NCBI RefSeq assembly: GCF_003012775.1
Contig: NZ_PXYG01000005.1
Location: forward strand, 20,889-44,888
Origin: Zobellella endophytica
GTDB lineage: Bacteria; Pseudomonadota; Gammaproteobacteria; Enterobacterales; Aeromonadaceae
Direction: 5' to 3'
Length of the DNA: 24,000 bases
This document shows, in pieces, positions 1-11,222 of the stretch. The position numbers were made by a program, and so were the translations under genes. Below the pieces are notes generated by a model that was not told where the DNA came from, did no database searches, and saw only the letters and a list, made by a program, of their open reading frames with translations. Within the stretch, counting starts at the first letter, position 1, and the number at the start of each line of letters is the position of its first letter.

Positions 1-659
1 TCCAGGGCACCACGCACCACCGACAGCATGGGCGCCAGGCCGGTACCGCCGGCGATGCACAGCATGGGACCTTCATGCTTGCGGCGCAGGTAGGAGGCGC
101 CGAGGGGGCCGTTGAGCTTGACGCTGCCGCCCACCTGCAGTTTTTCGTCCAGCAGCGGAGTGACCCGGCCGTCGGGCACGATGCGGATATGGAATTCCAG
201 TTCGTCGTCCACCGGCACTCCGGCCATGGAGTAGGAGCGCACCGCCTCCGGCCACAGCTGTAGCTGGACGTATTGCCCGGGTGAGAACTCCAGCGGCTTG
301 TTGGTCTTGACTCGCAGCCGGCGGACGTCATGACACAGGATGTCGAAGGCGGTGATGGTACCCTTGAGGGTCTTGGCCGGGTGAGTGACAACTTCGTCCG
401 GTTCCGGTACCTCGATCACGCAGTCGCTCTCGACCGTACTCTGGCAGGCCAGCACATAGGTATCGTTTTGTGCCAGCCGTCCTTCCGCCGCGGCCGGGCC
501 CGGCACCTGGCCATCGATGACCTTGCAGCGGCAGGTGCCGCAACGACCGGACAGGCAGCTGTAAGACACCGGCACCTGATGTTCGCGCAGCACGTCGAGC
601 AGGTTGCTGCCGGCCGGCGCGGTAATGACTTTGTTAAGGGGGTTGACCAGGATTTCCAT
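1..659 (-). CDS. nahAa: Ferredoxin-NAD(P)+ reductase component of an aromatic ring-hydroxylating dioxygenase (NahAa-like). Only the N-terminal ~219 codons are present; the gene runs off the left edge.
   Basis: Not in the ORF track because it is truncated. The reverse-complement of 659..1 reads MEILVNPLNKVITAPAGSNLLDVLREHQVPVSYSCLSGRCGTCRCKVIDGQ...ACQS...EVPEPDEVVTHPAKTLKGT...FSPGQYVQLQ...RSYSMAG...FHIRIVPDGRVT...GPLGASYLRRKHEGPMLCIAGGTGLAPMLSVVRGAL. This contains a plant-type 2Fe-2S motif (C-x4-C-x2-C) followed by FNR-type FAD (R-x-Y-S) and NAD (GGTGLAP) motifs. From memory it is nearly collinear with NAH7 NahAa. A GAGGAG Shine-Dalgarno sits at 665-670, 5 nt before the ATG at 659-657. A second in-frame ATG lies at 662-660. 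Confidence 0.8.
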   Translation of the reverse strand, partial: MEILVNPLNKVITAPAGSNLLDVLREHQVPVSYSCLSGRCGTCRCKVIDGQVPGPAAAEGRLAQNDTYVLACQSTVESDCVIEVPEPDEVVTHPAKTLKGTITAFDILCHDVRRLRVKTNKPLEFSPGQYVQLQLWPEAVRSYSMAGVPVDDELEFHIRIVPDGRVTPLLDEKLQVGGSVKLNGPLGASYLRRKHEGPMLCIAGGTGLAPMLSVVRGAL

Positions 660-742
660 CATTGCTCCTCGTGATGCCAACTTGTTAATTCATTGTTGAG
701 CAAAAGGTAACCTCAATGATGATATTTAGAAAGGCAATGCTG

Positions 743-759
743 TGAATTATGTGTATTCA
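743..759. promoter_or_regulatory. Dyad TGAAT-N7-ATTCA in the promoter region of the NahAa-like gene; candidate LysR/NahR-type operator
   Basis: TGAAT lies at 743-747 and ATTCA at 755-759, about 85-100 bp upstream of the start codon. A second dyad, TTGAG-N11-CTCAA, lies at 696-716. Only the symmetry and position are observed; binding is not established. Confidence 0.25.
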
Positions 760-789
760 TGAAACTTATATCTTTAGGGTGAGAGATCA

Positions 790-1022
790 CTGATCTCATC
801 CTGGTTCATTACAAGTCGTCGGAGCAGGGGCATGTTCCAGAGTGCGCGTGGAGCGATCGTGAGAGCGAGGCTGCACGACGATGGAGGCCCCTCAAGCGTT
901 ACGGCCACGGGGCCTACGGTTTCGGTGAATCACGACTGTATTCACCGGGGATGTACATTGCCATCAGGTAGCTCCGCTCCGCCGGCTCGCCCTTAAATAG
1001 AGAGGGTATGAGTGCTATTTAT
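790..1022 (-). repeat. Degenerate copy of the intergenic repeat family defined at 7991-8137 and 19885-20046; boundaries uncertain
   Basis: The reverse-complement interior (..GGCCGTAACGCTTGAGGGGCCTCCATCGTCGTGCAG..) aligns loosely with the copy-C interior (..CGCCGTAAACCCATCCCTGGGGGCTCCGCC..ATCCCTGGCGCAG..). The right end, GGTATGAGTGCTATTTA, resembles the family end GGATCAGTTATTTA. It contains the hairpin GGTGAAT-N9-ATTCACC. Confidence 0.3.
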
Positions 1023-1028
1023 AAAGGA

Positions 1029-1181
1029 TAAATAGCTGTTCAAAATAGTTTCTCGGCCGAGATAACAAGAGGGTATCGCCAGGCTGCCCTCGGCGCCGAG
1101 GATAATACGACGGCGCCTTTGGAGAGCGGCGGGTCAGCGTGCGATACCCGATCGACATAACAGTATCAGGAATGGTTTTTA
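1029..1181 (-). repeat. Diverged copy of the same repeat family, ending 1 bp before the porin stop codon
   Basis: It begins TAAATAGCTGTTC (1029-1041), the reverse complement of the conserved family 3' end GAACAGCTATTTA. The interior has the same GC-rich short-hairpin style, for example GGCGCC-gaggataatacgac-GGCGCC. The far end matches only weakly. Confidence 0.45.
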
Positions 1182-1182
1182 C

Positions 1183-2538
1183 TTAGAAGGTGATAACTGT
1201 TTTCATTACTGTGACCCATGCATCCTGGGTCTCCTTCAGACCACCGGGGCGATGCCAATATTGCAGGCCAGGCTGCAGTTCGAGCCAGGATACAGGACGG
1301 AAACGATAATGGATCTCGGCATTGACTGAATCACCAGGAACAGGGCTGTAGTCAGGATTATTATAATCAATTATACCCTGGATCTGGTTTTTATAGTCTT
1401 GATTTCGTGCGTAATGATTACTGGTGTCAATATATGACACACCTAAACCGATCCAGTCATTCGGTCTTGCATCAAATAGCCCTCTATACCTGAGTTGTGC
1501 CGCAGCAATAATATGCATGTAATTACTGCGCTGATCCGAGACGCTAGCGCTGAATGCGGCACTCATACCTCGGTTGGGATCATCGCTATGTTGTGTGATT
1601 TGCTGATTGAAACCGCCATAGAAGAACCAGGTATTGTCATACTCTTTGTACCCTTCTGGATCTGTGGCGCCCGGCCCCCCCGACTTGCCCTTGTATAGAT
1701 CCTTCTGTTTGGCGTTGGTGTAGAGTACGCCAAAATTGTATATACCAGGAAGATCGTTGACAAAGGTCCGTGACTCCAGCTCTAGTGGTACAAGGACGCC
1801 TTTACTGCCTTTTGTTGACCAGCTCCATGCCTGACTGCGACTGCTGGCTCGAGGATTCTGTTCAAGTACACCCGTTTTCAGGGTTAACTCTGGTGTCAAC
1901 TTGTACTCAAAAGATGTCCCCCAAGTGTGCACATTCCAGTTATTCCAAGTTAATGAAAATGCTGATTTTCCTCCACAGTGTGTCAAAAGCTGGAAGTCAC
2001 AGGGCAGTATGCCATCAAATGTTTGCACTTTATTCATCATACCTATACGCCAGCTAAGGCGCCGGTCATCAAAGCTGCGAGCAAACGTAAGCCAACCCAG
2101 ACGGGTGCTTGATTGGCCACCCCAACTTTCCTGAGAAAGATCATTGAAGTTAACACGAGTGTCCTGCAAACGCTCTGTCGTTAAAAGATCGTTGTGGTTA
2201 CGGTTGACGATATTCCCCTCAATCTTGGCATCAGGGATTCCGGTCCAACGTTCCAAATCTTGTGTGAATGTCAGGGCAGTCTGATCAATATAGGCAACAT
2301 GACCATCGGTGTTGTAGCCTCCGTCAAGGTTGTGGGCAAGCTGGTTTAGGTAAGCAAGATTATAGTTGAAACCATTTTCGGTAAGGATTGGACGAATACC
2401 AAGCATTTCTCCAAGTAAGCCTTCACCTAGTGCTTCAAATCCAAGAACAGTGCCATTCCATGAATTTTGCTGAGCTTGAGTCAATAAGGGGAAGGTCAGT
2501 GCCGAAAACAAAATTGTCGATATTAATGTTTTTTCCAT
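1183..2538 (-). CDS. Carbohydrate-selective outer-membrane porin, OprB family
   Basis: The ORF spans 1183..2550, and the ATG at 2538 gives MEKTLISTILFSALTFPLLTQAQQ (signal peptide). OprB-family blocks recalled from P. aeruginosa OprB are present: NLDGGY, a C-x-F-Q-x-L-x-x-CGG Cys pair, GVLEQNP, LVPLEL, FDARPNDWIGLGV and LQPGLQYWHRPGG. The C-terminal residue is F. Confidence 0.85.
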   Translation of the reverse strand: MEKTLISTILFSALTFPLLTQAQQNSWNGTVLGFEALGEGLLGEMLGIRPILTENGFNYNLAYLNQLAHNLDGGYNTDGHVAYIDQTALTFTQDLERWTGIPDAKIEGNIVNRNHNDLLTTERLQDTRVNFNDLSQESWGGQSSTRLGWLTFARSFDDRRLSWRIGMMNKVQTFDGILPCDFQLLTHCGGKSAFSLTWNNWNVHTWGTSFEYKLTPELTLKTGVLEQNPRASSRSQAWSWSTKGSKGVLVPLELESRTFVNDLPGIYNFGVLYTNAKQKDLYKGKSGGPGATDPEGYKEYDNTWFFYGGFNQQITQHSDDPNRGMSAAFSASVSDQRSNYMHIIAAAQLRYRGLFDARPNDWIGLGVSYIDTSNHYARNQDYKNQIQGIIDYNNPDYSPVPGDSVNAEIHYRFRPVSWLELQPGLQYWHRPGGLKETQDAWVTVMKTVITF

Positions 2539-2596
2539 GGCTATCACCAAGTAACTGTTGATAAAAATTAACCACTCATGAAAGAGTGATGCTTGT

Positions 2597-2639
2597 ATTA
2601 ATGTAGTGGGCAGTTTAGTTAAACTGTGACTACATTAAT
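2597..2639. repeat. 43-bp composite inverted repeat between bglB and the porin gene
   Basis: The sequence is ATTAATGTAGT ggg CAGTTTA gt TAAACTG tg ACTACATTAAT. The outer arms are a perfect 11 bp and the inner arms a perfect 7 bp. It sits 59-101 bp upstream of the porin ATG. Confidence 0.6.
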
Positions 2640-2757
2640 GACTCTTTATATTCAATCCAAACGTTGGATAACTAGACAGAGTGTTGCATCCAGACGAGCT
2701 GTAAACTACTACCATAATGTTTCAGATGAGGCATCCCTGAAAACAGTTGTTTGCTAG

Positions 2758-2790
2758 GTTGTGCCAGGTATCCGAACTCCCTGGCACAAC
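2758..2790. terminator. 11-bp stem-loop downstream of bglB; possible partial terminator or RNA-processing structure
   Basis: GTTGTGCCAGG (2758-2768), an 11-nt loop, then CCTGGCACAAC (2780-2790). No U-tract follows on the coding (minus) strand. A T-run follows only on the plus strand (ctgcttttt). Confidence 0.3.
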
Positions 2791-2800
2791 ATTCTGCTTT

Positions 2801-2822
2801 TTATATCCGTCTTATATCCGTC
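2801..2822. repeat. Perfect tandem duplication, 2 x 11 bp (TTATATCCGTC)
   Basis: Read directly from the sequence: 2801-2811 equals 2812-2822. Function is unknown. Confidence 0.9.
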
Positions 2823-2896
2823 GAATGGAATGAATTGTTTGTTTTTTAAAATAGATAGTTATAGAGTGAGATCATTAAAATGACCCTTCTTGATAA

Positions 2897-6225
<3,329 letters not shown>

Positions 6226-6244
6226 TCATCCAATATTAAGATAT

Positions 6245-6323
6245 AAAAAAACCTGACGCAGCGCCCGGGTCATTGCTGCCGAGAACCGCATCAGGTTTTG
6301 CCTGCCGAAGCAGTAACAATCCT
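6245..6323 (-). promoter_or_regulatory. RAT (ribonucleic antiterminator) overlapping an intrinsic terminator, upstream of bglF
   Basis: On the minus strand, 6323..6292 reads AGGATTGTTACTGCTTCGGCAGGCAAAACCTG, matching the BglG/SacY/LicT RAT consensus GGATTGTTACTGC...GCAGGCAAAACC. Its 3' end overlaps the 5' arm of the stem CCUGAUGC/GCGUCAGG, which is followed by U7 (plus-strand A-run 6245-6251). Confidence 0.85.
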
Positions 6324-6386
6324 AGTTTATTGACCAGTTTTATTCTTTCGGGGGATTCCCGTTTAACTATCGATAGCTCGAATTTA

Positions 6387-7308
<922 letters not shown>

Positions 7309-7454
7309 GTTGCGGAAATAGTCGGTCTATACATTATTTAACACAAGAGAATATGGTAGAAACTGTGAAATTGAACGCATTTTCTTATGGTTTTACAGGC
7401 CGGTTATGTGTTTCGGATCACAGGTTTCAATGTCGTAACGTCGAACAGGTGGTG

Positions 7455-7640
7455 TAAAAAATACCTACGAGGGCATGTTGCTTACCGCTCCCACCTGCCA
7501 TGAACATCTACTGATGTACCAGTGGCAAGCGGAAGTGGAAAGTAAGGCTGTGATTAGGATAGCGGGAGCTTCGGAACCGTTATGGCAGAGCTCCTGTCAG
7601 TTGCTTCCCACTTGAAGTCCATTCTTCATAGCCGCTATTT
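7455..7640 (+). repeat. Possible highly degenerate copy of the intergenic repeat family
   Basis: The 3' end CCATTCTTCATAGCCGCTATTTT resembles the family 3' end CTATTCGGAACAGCTATTTA. The interior has the hairpin GGGAGCT-N19-AGCTCC. The 5' end matches poorly. This is a weak call. Confidence 0.25.
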
Positions 7641-7664
7641 TCTGAAGTGCCGAGCGCGATGTGC

Positions 7665-7862
7665 TTAACCTGATTTTTTCAGCGTTTCAGAAAAAAGCTC
7701 ACCGGAAATGGCCCAGTTTTCAGTCTTTACATCATTGAAAATGACATAGATATAGTTAGGATCCACACCGGCGTGCTTGGCAATAGCGTCGGTCACCTCT
7801 TGGGCAATTGCAGATTTTGCACTGTCTCGGCCTTCAAACATCTGAATATTAACGACTGGCAT
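7665..7862 (-). CDS. 4-oxalocrotonate tautomerase family enzyme (65 aa)
   Basis: The sequence MPVVNIQMFEGRDSAKSAIAQEVTDAIAKHAGVDPNYIYVIFNDVKTENWAISGELFSE has the catalytic Pro1, the beta-alpha-beta length and the ..NW..GG/SG..(S)E tail typical of the 4-OT family. An AGAGGAA Shine-Dalgarno lies upstream. Confidence 0.8.
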   Translation of the reverse strand: MPVVNIQMFEGRDSAKSAIAQEVTDAIAKHAGVDPNYIYVIFNDVKTENWAISGELFSETLKKSG

Positions 7863-7990
7863 AACGATTCCTCTTTTTCTGTATGTTTCAGGATGGTACC
7901 TAAGCGAATAGGATGATAAATCCCAGCTGGATATTGATAAAGGGAGAATAATGACTCTCAGTGTTGCATAAATTTCAACAATGGTTGGTA

Positions 7991-8137
7991 TAAATAACGG
8001 ATCCTAAAGCTGCTACACCAACCGCATGCTTACACGCGGTGAACCCCGGGCTCTGCCGAACCATCGTTGACGGCGAAGGGGCTGTTAGGGAGTCAGGTCG
8101 CTGCCGAGAGTGATCTACCATTCGGAACAGCTATTTA
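7991..8137 (+). repeat. Intergenic MITE/REP-like repeat, copy B (147 bp)
   Basis: The 5' end TAAATAACGGATCCTAAAGCTGCTACACC and 3' end TGATCTACCATTCGGAACAGCTATTTA nearly match copy C at 19885-20046. The interiors are homologous but diverged (ACACGCGGTGAACCCCGGG versus ACACGCCGTAAACCCATCCCTGGG). The ends form an imperfect terminal inverted repeat, AATAACGGATCC versus AATAGCTGTTCC. Confidence 0.8.
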
Positions 8138-8155
8138 GTTAGCTAACCTTATTCG

Positions 8156-9082
8156 TTAGGAAAAAGTGCCTTCATCGGATAACCGGACAAACTCGTCAAT
8201 GATAAAGCGCACGCTAGGCATCAGATGCCGATTACCGGGCCAGATCATATGCAATCCGCTCGGTTCCGGTGCCAGTTGTGGCAGTATCGGTACCAACTGT
8301 CCGGCGGCTATCAGGGGCCGCAGCAGCAACGCCGGAAATTGCACGATACCGGCCCCGGCCACACAGGCGTCGACCATGGCGTCACCATCGCTGATCTGGT
8401 GAAAGGCCTCAGGATTAAAGCGGGTATCCTTGCCGGAAGCAGACTTCAGCAACCAGGACAGTGGTCGTCCCCCTCGCCAGGCCATGATGCAGTGATGCTG
8501 TTGCAACTCTTCCAGAGTATTCGGCGTACCATGGCGTGCCAGATACTCCGGGGCCGCACACAGGAGCTGTTGCTGGTCGTTAAGCTTTCGGGCAACGAGT
8601 TCACCACTGTCCTGCAGCGGACCGAACCTGAACGCCAGATCAAAACCGGCATCCAGCGGGTCGATAACCTTGTCGTTAAAAGTGATGGTCAGCTTCAGGT
8701 CCGGATATTGTGCGGCCATCTCCAACAGTATCGGCATCACTACTCGCCGGCCAAACGCGGCCGGCAAATCGATCCTGACCTTGCCACTGGGGTGCGTCTG
8801 TTTTGACAGTAGTGCTGATTCGGCTTCCTGCAAGGTCTTCAGTGCCGACTGACAACTGACCAGGTAGGCTTCTCCTTCCGTGGTCAGGCTGACCTTACGG
8901 GTAGTCCGGTGCAGCAACTTGGTCGCCAGACGCTGCTCCAGCTTGGCAATACTCTTGCCGAGGGCTGACTTGGACACCCCCAGTTCATCCGCCGCTGCGG
9001 TGAAACTGCCTACCCTGGCTACAGTGACGAAATAGACAATAGTGCGGAGAGAGTCGGGTAATAGTGGATTGAACATGGGCAT
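8156..9082 (-). CDS. LysR-family transcriptional regulator
   Basis: An N-terminal winged HTH (LRTIVYFVTVARVGSFTAAADELGVSKSALGKSIAKLEQRL) is followed by a LysR substrate-binding domain. The start is uncertain: the track gives GTG at 9106, and ATGs lie at 9082 and 9076 downstream of AAGGA. Confidence 0.85.
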   Translation of the reverse strand: MPMFNPLLPDSLRTIVYFVTVARVGSFTAAADELGVSKSALGKSIAKLEQRLATKLLHRTTRKVSLTTEGEAYLVSCQSALKTLQEAESALLSKQTHPSGKVRIDLPAAFGRRVVMPILLEMAAQYPDLKLTITFNDKVIDPLDAGFDLAFRFGPLQDSGELVARKLNDQQQLLCAAPEYLARHGTPNTLEELQQHHCIMAWRGGRPLSWLLKSASGKDTRFNPEAFHQISDGDAMVDACVAGAGIVQFPALLLRPLIAAGQLVPILPQLAPEPSGLHMIWPGNRHLMPSVRFIIDEFVRLSDEGTFS

Positions 9083-9293
9083 ATCATCCTTTTTGTGCTC
9101 AGCCACACCATAACATCAATATCGGCCCATGGAGTAACAGGCTCCGGTGTGAGTTGTCGCCGTCATCTCGACCGGCTGCGGCCATCTTTCCAGAACGGTG
9201 AAGGGAGGTAAAATTTGAATGAAAATAAGGAAGTGCCGGAAGAAATCAAGGCCCTGGTGCTTAAAACACCGTCGGATATGGCTGGGATATATA

Positions 9294-9322
9294 CCCTGGC
9301 CACCCTGTAAGGGTGGCCAGGG
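9294..9322 (-). terminator. 12-bp GC-rich hairpin downstream of the sulfatase gene
   Basis: CCCTGGCCACCC-TGTAA-GGGTGGCCAGGG lies 35 bp past the sulfatase stop. On the minus strand it is followed by UAUAUAU, a weak U-tract. Confidence 0.55.
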
Positions 9323-9356
9323 TTTCATCGGTGGATTATGAGGTCTCTTTTCTAGG

Positions 9357-11030
9357 TTACTTGAAGCAACCGTCGTACAGGCAGGTGTTGAAGGCGTAGC
9401 GGATCTTGAACTCGCCACTCAGTACGTTATTGCGTTTGACGTAGGCTTCCCATTCCTTCAGCAACTCCGCCAGTTTTTCCGGCTCCTGTCTGGACAGGTC
9501 CTGCTTTTCGGCTGGGTCCTTGGCCAGATTGTACAGTTGCCACTCTCCTGCACCATAGGGCTTGGTCATCCATACCAGCTTCCAGTCACCGCTGCGCAGG
9601 GCGCGGCGTCCGAACAGCTCCCAGCCAATGGCGCGTTTGGGCAAGGCTTCGTCACGCAACGCCGGCAGGAACGACAGGCCTTCCATAGGATGAATCTTTT
9701 TGCCCTTGTAGGTGTTTCCTGGGTGCTCGGCTCCGGCCAGCTCCAGCAGGGTAGGCATGACATCCATCACATGAGCCACCTCGCTGCTGATCTTGCCCGG
9801 TTGTGTTACTGCGCCGGGATAGCGAACAATGGCTGGAACCGCGATACCACCCTGGGAGGTCATCCCCTTGAAGTACGGGAAGGGGGTAGAGCCAACCTGG
9901 GCCCACTGGGCACCATAATCGATATAGGAACCCTTTTTGCCCAGGTTGTCCCAGCTATTGTCGAAGTTGGCCGCTATCCATTCCCTGTTTCCAGGAAGAT
10001 CCAGGGGGGTATTGCCATCGGCGCCGTTATCCGAGATGAACAGAATGAAGGTATTATCCAGTTCTCCTCTCTGGTCAAGATAGTCAATCAGCCGTCCAAT
10101 ATGATGATCCATGTTGTCCACCATGGCGGCATAGATTTCCATCGCCCTGGCTTCCATCTTCCGCTGATCCTCGGTCAGCTCATCCCAGGCCGGCAGCCCA
10201 CCAGCCATGGGCGTATTGGCCTCAATCTCGGCGGGCAGCAGTCCCAGTTCCTGCATGCGTTTGAGACGCTCCGCACGGATTGCCTCATAACCCTCGTCAT
10301 AGCGTCCGACATAACGATCCAGCCACTCGTCGGGGGCGTGCAAGGGCCAATGCGGGGCGGTATAAGACAGGATACCGAGGAAGGGACGCCCGGTCTCTCT
10401 GTCGGTCTCCATGTATTCGAGCATCTTGTCGGTGAAGAACTCGGAAGAGAAGAACCCCTCGGGCAGCTTTACTTCCTTCCCGTTTTCCCGGTAGATCGCC
10501 TTGGCTTCAAAGCTGTTGGCCCCGAACTGGTCATCGAAATGGCTGGCACTGCCCTGCTCCAGGATATAGGAGCGTTCGAACCCGCGGGCTGCCGGGCTAC
10601 GTTCTTCACCCCGTCCGAGATGCCACTTGCCGGTGGTGTAGGTATGGTAGCCATTATCTTTCAGTACCTCGGCTATTGAGGCGACGTTGTCATTCAGGTA
10701 GCCCTCGTAGCCCGGTTCACCACGCTGGAAATCCTGCATCAGTTCCGCCATGTTCCCGAGGCCGGCCAGGTGGTTGTCTACGCCGGACATGAGCATGGAT
10801 CTTGTCGGGGAGCAGGTTGGTGCCGTATGGAAGTTGCTAAAACGCAGGCCTTCCTCCGCCAGGGTGTCCAGATTGGGGGTGGCAATTTCCGCACCATAGC
10901 TCCCGATGTCGCTGTACCCAAGGTCATCGGCGATGAGGATCAGAAAGTTGGGCTTCTTTTCCTCTGCCATACTGCCAAAACTCATGGCGCCCAGAGCCAG
11001 TGCGGCCAAGCTTGCTTTTTTCCAGTTCAT
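9357..11030 (-). CDS. Secreted Cys-type arylsulfatase (type I sulfatase family)
   Basis: The formylglycine motif C-x-P-x-R lies within APTCSPTRSMLMSG. The sulfatase signature GKWHLG and an N-terminal metal-binding motif (ILIADDLGYSD) are present. The start at ATG 11030 (MNWKKASLAALALGAMSFGSMA-EE, a Sec signal peptide) is preceded by AAGGAGA at 11041-11047. Confidence 0.9.
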   Translation of the reverse strand: MNWKKASLAALALGAMSFGSMAEEKKPNFLILIADDLGYSDIGSYGAEIATPNLDTLAEEGLRFSNFHTAPTCSPTRSMLMSGVDNHLAGLGNMAELMQDFQRGEPGYEGYLNDNVASIAEVLKDNGYHTYTTGKWHLGRGEERSPAARGFERSYILEQGSASHFDDQFGANSFEAKAIYRENGKEVKLPEGFFSSEFFTDKMLEYMETDRETGRPFLGILSYTAPHWPLHAPDEWLDRYVGRYDEGYEAIRAERLKRMQELGLLPAEIEANTPMAGGLPAWDELTEDQRKMEARAMEIYAAMVDNMDHHIGRLIDYLDQRGELDNTFILFISDNGADGNTPLDLPGNREWIAANFDNSWDNLGKKGSYIDYGAQWAQVGSTPFPYFKGMTSQGGIAVPAIVRYPGAVTQPGKISSEVAHVMDVMPTLLELAGAEHPGNTYKGKKIHPMEGLSFLPALRDEALPKRAIGWELFGRRALRSGDWKLVWMTKPYGAGEWQLYNLAKDPAEKQDLSRQEPEKLAELLKEWEAYVKRNNVLSGEFKIRYAFNTCLYDGCFK

Positions 11031-11222
11031 GATAAAACCATCTCCTTTGGTCATGGTGTCCCTTGCAGTATCACTCCATGATCAGGAGGGACGATATCAA
11101 GTGTGCGTGGCCAATATGATATATGCGCATATTTTTTCCAGCACAGGCCAGGACCGCTATCGTATAAGATCGATAAGTGGCTAAATGCATGGTAGAACCG
11201 GCTCGACCCAGGAGTGACTCCC

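Noticed and set aside
73-674. Track ORFs at 73-255, 75-263, 328-543 and 330-674
   Set aside because: All lie within or antisense to the truncated NahAa-like CDS (1-659, minus strand). That CDS is absent from the track only because it has no stop codon in the window.
2801-2822. The tandem 11-bp repeat considered as a CRISPR or iteron-like array
   Set aside because: There are only two adjacent units with no spacers, and no cas or rep genes are in the window. It is most simply a slippage duplication.
7320-7664. Possible small plus-strand gene (34 codons from ATG 7354) or tRNA/sRNA upstream of bglG
   Set aside because: The Shine-Dalgarno and its spacing are poor, and there are no tRNA-like T-arm or anticodon-arm signatures. 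The region is better explained as the bgl promoter plus a degenerate repeat copy.
9116-9418. 100-aa minus-strand ORF spanning the LysR-sulfatase gap
   Set aside because: It overlaps the 3' end of the sulfatase gene and runs through its terminator hairpin. It has no Shine-Dalgarno and a low-complexity translation.
9537-10679. 380-aa plus-strand ORF antisense to the sulfatase gene
   Set aside because: This is a shadow ORF of a high-GC gene. It has no motifs, whereas the sulfatase frame carries the CxPxR and GKWHLG signatures.
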